From positions 1 to 64,000 of the forward strand of contig JBBRCZ010000013.1 of NCBI GenBank assembly GCA_038204425.1: 64,000 nt of DNA. The letters are read 5' to 3'. Position 1 is the first letter of the stretch, and every line of letters starts with the position of its first letter. The stretch comes from Spirochaetia bacterium (GTDB taxonomy: Bacteria > Spirochaetota > Spirochaetia > DSM-27196 > Salinispiraceae). Of this stretch, positions 56,836-64,000 are shown piece after piece. Position numbers and translations under genes: made by a program. The notes beneath the pieces were generated by a model. The model was not told the DNA's origin, searched no databases, and saw nothing but the letters and a program-made list of their open reading frames with translations.

Positions 56836-58199
56836 TGCCAAAGCCCTTACGACGTGTGGCAGATCAAGACCAGCTCTTGCCCACAAAACCCTGGCTCTTG
56901 CTCTACTTGAGCTTCCTTTTTGTAGCATTCTTCTTTGGTTTTGGCTCAGGTGAGTTTAGATCATCAATGGTCCTGGTGTCTAACAATGCCGTCAGCATAA
57001 CTGCCTTTTTGCTATTAAGCTTCTTGGGTCTACGCGGTGAGATGAGCTCTTCTCACTCACTTTCATTGATCTTGCTTGAAGCAAGTCGCAATGTCCTATT
57101 TCAGTTTGTAGCTGTGATCTTCTTTTTTCCAGTTTCGCCGGACAATGAGTTTTTCTTTTACATGGTAATACTCATGCTCTCAATGTTTGGCATTATAATG
57201 GGCATCGCTGTATCGGCTTGGATGGGTCTTCTTATTGGTGTTTTGGGCATTCTGGTGCAAGTAACAGTAATCTTTTTTAGGCCTGATCTGCTAGATTTCC
57301 GTGGTGCATTTGTGCAAAACTCAATTTTTATTTGTGGACCAATTTTAGTGGTCTACTATTTCAGATCCTTTATTCAACGTGTTTTTAGTTTGCGCTCTAA
57401 ATCACTAAAAAATATGCAAATACTAAAGGGCCGTGCTGAAGCATGGGAGCAGGAGAATAAGCCGTATCTCCTTTTTGGCAAAAATGCAGCGGGTTTGGTT
57501 CACGATTTTCGCAACTACGTTAACGTGCTTTCGATAAACGTGCAGACGCTTTCAATTGGTATCCAACGTGGTCGCAACCTAGACCCGCAGGCAGTTGGCG
57601 ACATCGCTAGCAAGTTGTCAGAACTAGAGGAGCGAATCCGTCTCGTCAGTTTTTTAGCTGCAAGTACTAAACTGAGTGAAGAAAATGAGAAGCTGTCGAT
57701 CTTGGATCTGCTTGAGGCAGTAGTATACTCGTTTAAAGTCGCTCCCGAGTATCGACATTGGGTTGGGTTCAGCACCGATGTAGAAAAGGGGCTTTACGCG
57801 TTTGCTCCGCGTCAAGTTTTGATGCGTATAGTTGAAAACCTTGTTCGCAATAGCTGCGAGGCAATAATTGCAGACCTACAAGGCGAGGACCCCACACCGC
57901 CGATTAGTCCGCTGGGATCTATTAGTGTATCCGCTCGGCAACAGGACAACCGTGTTGTAATTGAAGTAAAAGATAACGGCCCCGGTGTAACCCAGTGTCA
58001 TGATTGTGGTCATGAGCATGACTGTACCGATTGCAATTGTTTTGCTATTGGTAAGACGAGCAAAAAAAATGGTTCCGGCTTTGGTATGGTAAATGTGTTT
58101 CAAAACGTCCGGGCCTTGAGTGGCAAGGTTCTTTTGGAAACAGAACTAGAAAAAGGAACACGCATCATGGTTGCCTTGCCATGTTTGATTAAGGAGTAA
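56832..58199 (+). CDS. Multi-TM sensor histidine kinase with Cys/His-rich ATP-lid insert
   Basis: About 6 TM helices, GLVHDFRN H-box, ENLVRNSCEA, KDNGPG, CHDCGHEHDCTDCNCF, GSGFGM. Confidence 0.88.
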   Translation: MMPKPLRRVADQDQLLPTKPWLLLYLSFLFVAFFFGFGSGEFRSSMVLVSNNAVSITAFLLLSFLGLRGEMSSSHSLSLILLEASRNVLFQFVAVIFFFPVSPDNEFFFYMVILMLSMFGIIMGIAVSAWMGLLIGVLGILVQVTVIFFRPDLLDFRGAFVQNSIFICGPILVVYYFRSFIQRVFSLRSKSLKNMQILKGRAEAWEQENKPYLLFGKNAAGLVHDFRNYVNVLSINVQTLSIGIQRGRNLDPQAVGDIASKLSELEERIRLVSFLAASTKLSEENEKLSILDLLEAVVYSFKVAPEYRHWVGFSTDVEKGLYAFAPRQVLMRIVENLVRNSCEAIIADLQGEDPTPPISPLGSISVSARQQDNRVVIEVKDNGPGVTQCHDCGHEHDCTDCNCFAIGKTSKKNGSGFGMVNVFQNVRALSGKVLLETELEKGTRIMVALPCLIKE

Positions 58200-58206
58200 G
58201 TGCACC

Positions 58207-58839
58207 ATGATTACGACATCACAGACAAAAAAGAAACTGCTTCTATCCGCACTTGGTATGCTTGCCCTTTGTTTGGCGCCCTACAGCCTGATAGCACAAG
58301 AGCACAAGGTTGAGAGCTACCGTGCCAACGGCGTCCACATAACTGAGGGCTGGATAAGCGCAGAAACCTGGAGTGATAAAGCTCGAAAGATCTTGGCTGA
58401 CTATTCAAAGTATCGCCAGTGGGGACTTCGTTACATGGACGGCAAGGACCAGCATTCTGCCAAATTTTGGGCGCATTTTACCGATTTTGACTACAAATCT
58501 CCCGACTACATGCATGTTATTTTTGATCTTAAACTTGGCTTTCCCTTTGGTGCAAAAGACGCCAAAGCTATCTTTAAGATAGACCATCAAAGAGAGTCAC
58601 AGGGGATCTTTAGATTCGTCTTAGAACGGCCTCCGATTGGTATCAATAATGCGCTCTTGGATTTACGGGTCAAAAAAGGATCACAAGGAAGAGCGGATCA
58701 GTTAGTCTTTAGGCTTGAGATCAAATTCTGGAGCGCGATAGAAGCGATGATGGACTTCAAAATTTTTGACAGAGATATGATTTGGCGTGTGCAACGTATG
58801 CAGGAGAACCTGCGCGACTACGTTGAAGGAAAACTGTGA
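58207..58839 (+). CDS. Hypothetical exported protein
   Basis: Signal peptide and AAGGAG SD. The alpha/beta pattern loosely suggests a START/SRPBCC fold. Confidence 0.65.
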   Translation: MITTSQTKKKLLLSALGMLALCLAPYSLIAQEHKVESYRANGVHITEGWISAETWSDKARKILADYSKYRQWGLRYMDGKDQHSAKFWAHFTDFDYKSPDYMHVIFDLKLGFPFGAKDAKAIFKIDHQRESQGIFRFVLERPPIGINNALLDLRVKKGSQGRADQLVFRLEIKFWSAIEAMMDFKIFDRDMIWRVQRMQENLRDYVEGKL

Positions 58840-59807
58840 CATTCTTTGGCAGTGCCACCAAAGCAGCTTTGTTGCTGTTTTGTATAGCCTTAACGTGCCA
58901 ATCCTGTGGCCCAGCCAAGTCAGACCAGGGCGAGCAAGCGCTCGCATCAGCAGCCAAGTACACCATGAGAGACGATCAAGGTCAAAGCTTTTCTTTTGAC
59001 GTTTTTCCACACAGGATAGTTAGTCTTTGCCTTTTTGTGGATGAAATCCTGCTGGACTTGGTCGACAAGCAGAGCATTTTAAGTCTTACAGCTTTGTCCT
59101 TGGACGCCAACATTTCCAACATTGCCGACTCATCGCGCGGCATAGAGCATCATCTTGGACTCAACGTTGAGGCTTTGTTGTTATACAAACCAGACTTGAT
59201 TCTTGTGGCTGAATGGAGCGAGAAGGACAAAGTAGACCAGTTGAGATTGCTTGGTTTGCCAGTTTTTAGCGTAAGTACTCCACGAAATTTTGAAGAATTA
59301 CGTCGCCTAATAGATCAACTTGCTCTATTGACCGGGGCGCACAAACGATCTGTACAAGTTAAAGCCGCAATAAAAACGCGTTTAGAGCGCATCCAGGCTA
59401 GCCTTAATCAACGTGGCCTAGCCAATACCGTAAGTGCAATGGACTACACACCTTGGTCAAGTGGATTTGGAAGAGGAAGCTCTTGGTCCGAGCTTCTAAA
59501 CAAAGCCGGCATAAAAAATGCCTTACAGGCTTTTCCAGTCGATTCAATTGGGCAGGTAAGTCTTTCTAAAGAAATGCTCTTGCAGCTCGACCCTGACCTC
59601 TTGATTATTCCGGGCTGGGTTTATGGTGATGCCCAAGCTGCCAAGGTTTTTCTCGCCCAGATAGTAAATGATCCAAGTTTGGCGGGGCTTAAGGCGCTTA
59701 AGAACCAACGACTAATTCAGATGCCAGAACGCCTTAAATCAGCGGCCTCACAGTTTATGGTAGATGCTGTTGAGTTTCTCGTCGCTCATGCCTATCCAGA
59801 AAACTAA
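58836..59807 (+). CDS. Cobalamin/iron-chelate ABC transporter substrate-binding lipoprotein
   Basis: Lipobox-like CQSC, PHRIVSL, EALLLYKPDLIL, EMLLQLDPDLLI. Confidence 0.9.
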   Translation: MTFFGSATKAALLLFCIALTCQSCGPAKSDQGEQALASAAKYTMRDDQGQSFSFDVFPHRIVSLCLFVDEILLDLVDKQSILSLTALSLDANISNIADSSRGIEHHLGLNVEALLLYKPDLILVAEWSEKDKVDQLRLLGLPVFSVSTPRNFEELRRLIDQLALLTGAHKRSVQVKAAIKTRLERIQASLNQRGLANTVSAMDYTPWSSGFGRGSSWSELLNKAGIKNALQAFPVDSIGQVSLSKEMLLQLDPDLLIIPGWVYGDAQAAKVFLAQIVNDPSLAGLKALKNQRLIQMPERLKSAASQFMVDAVEFLVAHAYPEN

Positions 59808-59829
59808 GCGCTTGTTACAATAGAGCAGC

Positions 59830-60864
59830 ATGCGCTTTAGACTTCTTCTTTCTTTACTGATTATTATTTTGATAGGTCTGAGCATAGCCTCTTTAGTTTT
59901 GGGCACCTTTCCCTTAAGTCCAACAGACATAGTCAACGCCTTTCTCGTGCAAACTGGCCTCAATGACAGCACTTGGTTGCAAAACAACGACCATATCAAA
60001 AACGCCGTCGCCATAATTTTTTACATTCGTCTGCCTCGGTTATTTGCCGCGCTTGGAGCAGGCTGGGCCTTGGCGCTTGCTGGGACGGTCATGCAGGGGC
60101 TGCTGAGAAATCCTCTGGCAGGACCTGAGATCTTGGGGGTATCTGCAGGTGCCAGTCTGGGAGCAGTCCTGGCAATCGCTTTGGGGATGAGCGCTGTTTG
60201 GGAGGGATCCCTGGCCTCAATGGCAGTTATTGGCTCTCTAGTGACAGGATTTGCGATTTTTTCTGTCGGTGCCAAGGCGCAGCGCGGCAGTCTCTACACT
60301 ATTATTTTAGCCGGCATGGCAATTTCCAGCCTTGTAAATGGAGCCGTTTCTGCGGTGCTGCTCTTTTCAAAAGAGTACGAAGTCAATCAGTTTGTGTTTT
60401 GGACTATGGGCGGCTTAGAGGGCAGGCAATGGTTTCATATTGTGTGGGCCTTTCCCTTAATTGCCTTGTCTAGTTTGGTCTTTTTTGCCTCAGCCAAAAC
60501 CCTCAATCTCTTGCTGCTGGGCGAAGATCAGGCTCATGCCTCAGGACTATCGATTGCCACAAACAAGTTAGTGCTACTGAGCACCACGGCAATTTGCACG
60601 GCTATGGCTATTGTTTTGGCAGGGCCGATAGGGTTCATCGGCCTTTTGGTTCCGCACTTTTTTCGCATGATTGTTGGCTCCGATCACAAAAAACTTTTGC
60701 CACTAACCGCCTTAGGTGGCGCCGCTTTTTTGACCTTTGCGGACCTGATAGGCAGAACATTGTTTTCGCCTCTAGAGATTAAGGCGGGCATCATAACCGC
60801 AATGATTGGCAGTCCCTTCTTTTTAATCTTAGTTTTTAAAAACCGCGCCAGGTCGGGCCTTTGA
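59830..60864 (+). CDS. FecCD/BtuC-family ABC permease
   Basis: IRLPR, QGLLRNPLAGPEILGVSAGA, GPIGFIGLLVPH, GSPFF. Confidence 0.95.
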   Translation: MRFRLLLSLLIIILIGLSIASLVLGTFPLSPTDIVNAFLVQTGLNDSTWLQNNDHIKNAVAIIFYIRLPRLFAALGAGWALALAGTVMQGLLRNPLAGPEILGVSAGASLGAVLAIALGMSAVWEGSLASMAVIGSLVTGFAIFSVGAKAQRGSLYTIILAGMAISSLVNGAVSAVLLFSKEYEVNQFVFWTMGGLEGRQWFHIVWAFPLIALSSLVFFASAKTLNLLLLGEDQAHASGLSIATNKLVLLSTTAICTAMAIVLAGPIGFIGLLVPHFFRMIVGSDHKKLLPLTALGGAAFLTFADLIGRTLFSPLEIKAGIITAMIGSPFFLILVFKNRARSGL

Positions 60865-62090
60865 AGACTCTCGTGTCAGCAAGCAAGTTGAGCTATACTA
60901 TAAATGGTAGGACTATAGTCAGGGACCTCGATATTTCGCTTCATACAGGTGAGCTCGTCGGCCTAATAGGCCCAAATGGCGCTGGAAAAAGCACTGTCCT
61001 AAAACTGCTTTTGGGCCTTATAAAGCCAAGCACAGGAACGGTTCTTTATGAACAAAAACCTCTGACCATTCTTAGTGACAAGCAACGTGCTCAAAGTCTG
61101 GCTTGGTGTGCTCAAGAACACAACCTTAGTCTGACCTGTACCGTCGACCAAATTCTAGAAATGGGACGCTATCCGCATCTTGGACGCTGGGACAGTTTAA
61201 CCATGCACGACAAGCAAATACTGCGACAAGTAAAAAGTTTTGTTGGTCTGGACGACTGGACCAACGCAGATGTCAGTACACTCTCGGCTGGCGAGCGACA
61301 AATCCTAATGTTTGCACGGGCTTTGGTTCAAGACACCCAGTGTTTACTTTTGGACGAACCAAGTTCCAACCTCGACATGGGGACAGAGCATAAACTCTTT
61401 GCCATGATCACTGAGCTTCGACGAGAAGGCAAAGGGATCGTTGCGGCAATCCACAATCTCAACACGGCGGCCGAGTACTGCGACCGTTTGATTTTGATGT
61501 ACCAAGGCTCGTTAGTAGCTGAGGGTACGCCAGCTAAGGTTTTGAGTGAAGAGAACCTACGACGTTACTACGGCATAGAAGTTAAGGTGCAGCTCAACCA
61601 AGTGACTGGCAGCACCTCAATTGTGCATATTCCAAAGCACGTAAAGAACCAAGGCAAACGAGTGCATCTGATTGGTGGGGCAGGCAGCGCTTTGGCCTTA
61701 ACGCGACTTTTAGTGCAAGCCGGTTACCAACTGAGCGCTGGTGTAGCACACGAGTACGACAGTGACGCGCAACTTTGGCACAACCTTCAGATAGAAATGG
61801 TAAAGGTTGCCGCATTCTCGCACATCGACGACTCTTCTTTTGCACAGGCTCACACACTGATGGCTCAGGCCGACTGGGTTGTGCTATGCGCGTTTCCAAT
61901 TGGACCATCCAACCGGCGCAACCTTGTTCTTGCAGCCCAGGCGCGGCGCTTGTTAATTGTCGAAGAAGAGCCAGGCTTTGAGAGGTTTTTTGGGGACCAA
62001 GCAATCAAAAACCAGTTTGACACCCTGGCGCATAAATCGCCAGTTTTGACCAAGAATGCAGTCCTCGCGCATTTAGCCCAGAATGACTGA
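60861..62090 (+). CDS. Cobalamin/iron-chelate ABC ATPase with C-terminal extension
   Basis: GPNGAGKST, LSAGERQ, LLLDEP, HNLN, plus about 150 extra aa (VHLIGGAGS...SAGVAHEYDSD). Confidence 0.92.
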   Translation: MKTLVSASKLSYTINGRTIVRDLDISLHTGELVGLIGPNGAGKSTVLKLLLGLIKPSTGTVLYEQKPLTILSDKQRAQSLAWCAQEHNLSLTCTVDQILEMGRYPHLGRWDSLTMHDKQILRQVKSFVGLDDWTNADVSTLSAGERQILMFARALVQDTQCLLLDEPSSNLDMGTEHKLFAMITELRREGKGIVAAIHNLNTAAEYCDRLILMYQGSLVAEGTPAKVLSEENLRRYYGIEVKVQLNQVTGSTSIVHIPKHVKNQGKRVHLIGGAGSALALTRLLVQAGYQLSAGVAHEYDSDAQLWHNLQIEMVKVAAFSHIDDSSFAQAHTLMAQADWVVLCAFPIGPSNRRNLVLAAQARRLLIVEEEPGFERFFGDQAIKNQFDTLAHKSPVLTKNAVLAHLAQND

Positions 62091-62124
62091 TCTCAAGCAC
62101 TGATACATGCTATAATTACCCACT

Positions 62125-62484
62125 ATGCTGAATGAAATACGTCCGACAAGACAGATCCAAGGTGAAGGATTTAGACGATGGTTTACCGACAGTGACTGTG
62201 ACCTGGTCGTTTGGTATCCTGCGCCGGAAAACCCACAGATAGACGGCTTTCAATTTTGTTGGGACAAACTCAGTAGTGAGCAAGCCCTTACTTGGAATGC
62301 TAAGTCTGGTTTTCGTTATAGTAAGGTTGATTCTGGTGATCATGGTGGCTTTGGATTTAAAAGCACGCCGATCTTGAGAGACGTCGACATGGCCAACGCA
62401 ACTAAGATAAGCGAAACGTTCTTTGCGGTTTCGCAGTCAATTGACCACATGCTACGCAACTTTATCCTGGATCGCTTGCCGTAA
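62125..62484 (+). CDS. Conserved-looking hypothetical protein
   Basis: RQIQGEGFRRWF...DLVVW...GFQFCWDK...ALTW...VDSGD...TPIL. Extended -10 TGcTATAAT 8 nt upstream. Confidence 0.75.
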   Translation: MLNEIRPTRQIQGEGFRRWFTDSDCDLVVWYPAPENPQIDGFQFCWDKLSSEQALTWNAKSGFRYSKVDSGDHGGFGFKSTPILRDVDMANATKISETFFAVSQSIDHMLRNFILDRLP

Positions 62485-62524
62485 TTGTTAGTCAAATTAG
62501 CAAAAAAAGAGGAGTTCTAGAGCA

Positions 62525-62989
62525 ATGACATTTCTATTGTGGCTGATCATTGGCGGCGGACTTCTTGTTGTACAGATGCTTTCTGGCTGGATGGATTTAC
62601 TCTTTGTAGCCTTGGCTGCCGGCTTAACTGCACTACTCTGTGCGCTTTTTCCTGCCTTCGCAAATCTTGTGGTAGTACAAATCGTTTCTTGGGTTGTGCT
62701 GAGCTTTTTTAGTGTGCTCTTTTTTAGGCGAAGGTTCAAAAAAACCTTTGTCGCCAAGAACACAAGTCAGGACAGTGCAATCTCAGACCTTGTGGGTAGG
62801 CAGGCCCAAGTGATTGAAGACATTCGCCCACCAAGCGAGGGCAGGGTAAGCCTCGACGGTACCAGTTGGGCTGCCGTAAGTAACGATACAACCATAAGTG
62901 CTGGCACGACAGTCTTTGTGCATACACACGACAATTTGCTGTTAGAAGTGAGCACAAGACCTCTTGACCACTACTCCTCGAGCAAGTAA
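62525..62989 (+). CDS. NfeD-family membrane protein
   Basis: Three TM helices, then OB fold LVGRQAQV...GRVSLDGTSWAA. GAGGAG SD. Confidence 0.9.
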   Translation: MTFLLWLIIGGGLLVVQMLSGWMDLLFVALAAGLTALLCALFPAFANLVVVQIVSWVVLSFFSVLFFRRRFKKTFVAKNTSQDSAISDLVGRQAQVIEDIRPPSEGRVSLDGTSWAAVSNDTTISAGTTVFVHTHDNLLLEVSTRPLDHYSSSK

Positions 62990-62997
62990 AGAATAAC

Positions 62998-64000
62998 ATG
63001 GACCAGTTTCTCGTCATACTTTCCATAGGCGATCTTGCCGCAGGTGGGGATAAATTCTACCGATTTGAGAACCCTGTAGTGTGGCGCGAACCACAAGAGC
63101 GCACCGAACTGGCAAGGCTACTGGAACAAGACCTGGACTATGCAGCCAAAAACGGACTGTGGTGGGCCGGCGCCTTGGGCTACGGTGCCGCGATAGCCTT
63201 TGAACCAGAACTGCTACAGCAGTCCACACCGTCTCTAAATTCAGTGCAAGCTGTTGATCAAGCCCTAGCAGCCTGGGGATTATTTAAACAACCCAAACTG
63301 GTTGACTTGGCGGATCTGCAATGTCAAGCTGCGCAAGATGCCACTTTTGAGCTTCCTTTCTTAGCTTCGTGGTCGTACGACGACTACCACTTGGCGTTCG
63401 AGGCATGCAAACATGCACTGCAAACTGGCCAGAGCTATCAACTCAATCTGACTATGTCCTTGCAAGGCTCGATACTGCCAGAGATTGACCACCTGCACTT
63501 GTGGCAGCGCTTGTTGACCACAAGCCATGTAGCACACGCCTGTTTTGTAAGACACTCAGGCGGCAGCATAGTAAGTTTGAGCCCTGAGCTGTTTTTCTCA
63601 AAAAGTGGCCACCAATTGCTCTGTAGACCAATGAAGGGCACCGCCACTCGCCAAGATGATGCTTTGTTAGACCAAGAAGCTCGTAGCGCCTTGCAAGCTA
63701 GCCCCAAGAATCGCGCCGAAAATCTAATGATAGTAGATATGATTCGCAACGACTTGGGCAAGATCGCAACAATTGGCAGTGTCCAAGTTTCTAAGCAGTT
63801 TGAGATAGAGAGCTACCCCAGTGTCTACCAAATGACCAGCACCATTGAGGCCACATACGATGGGTTGATGTATACTTTACTGGCGGCACTTTTCCCCTGC
63901 GCCAGCATCACCGGTGCGCCAAAGATCAAGACCATGCAGGTTTTGTCCACGATAGAAGGGCGTGATCGTGCTTGGTACACCGGCAGTGCAGGTTGGGTTA
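62998..64000 (+). CDS. pabB: Aminodeoxychorismate synthase component I (partial, runs off window)
   Basis: Hand translation from ATG 62998: GQSYQLNLT, SLSPELFF, RPMKGT, KNRAENLMIVDMIRNDLG, FPCASITGAPK. Confidence 0.9.
   Translation, partial: MDQFLVILSIGDLAAGGDKFYRFENPVVWREPQERTELARLLEQDLDYAAKNGLWWAGALGYGAAIAFEPELLQQSTPSLNSVQAVDQALAAWGLFKQPKLVDLADLQCQAAQDATFELPFLASWSYDDYHLAFEACKHALQTGQSYQLNLTMSLQGSILPEIDHLHLWQRLLTTSHVAHACFVRHSGGSIVSLSPELFFSKSGHQLLCRPMKGTATRQDDALLDQEARSALQASPKNRAENLMIVDMIRNDLGKIATIGSVQVSKQFEIESYPSVYQMTSTIEATYDGLMYTLLAALFPCASITGAPKIKTMQVLSTIEGRDRAWYTGSAGWV

Overview
A 64-kb gene-dense chromosomal window, most likely from a spirochaete. This is inferred from a stand-alone DbpA RNA-binding protein, a CheX remnant, spirochaete-type OmpA and PilZ-like proteins, and the dnaE-yggT-recG-rsmD gene order. 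Content is mainly housekeeping and metabolic: the end of a bat (VWA/TPR) operon, infA, dksA, rsmE, an RlmL-like methylase, galTK, an aminotransferase, sufE, thuA, aminopeptidase P, purKE, recG, dnaE, asd, a YqhD-like dehydrogenase, a cobalamin/iron-chelate ABC transporter and a partial pabB. Signalling genes are scattered among these: four kinase-like genes with no response regulator, two GGDEF proteins, a PilZ-like protein and a 7TM class III cyclase. I recognised no tRNA, rRNA, CRISPR array, IS element or prophage. The most notable observations are: (1) a coupled pair of paralogous membrane histidine kinases, one a fully degenerate pseudokinase and the other carrying a CxxC-x5-CxxC insert in its ATP lid, divergent from the yqhD-like gene; (2) repeated leaderless promoter-start architecture, including at dnaE and purK; (3) a collapsed cheY-cheX chemotaxis relic; (4) a structured leader RNA upstream of the DbpA-domain gene; (5) a 1093-aa beta-helix/CBM6/ricin lipoprotein; (6) a frameshifted exported protein ending in a Tudor-knot/chromo-barrel domain; (7) a DksA with only one zinc-finger cysteine. 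All family assignments come from motif recognition by eye, not database searches.
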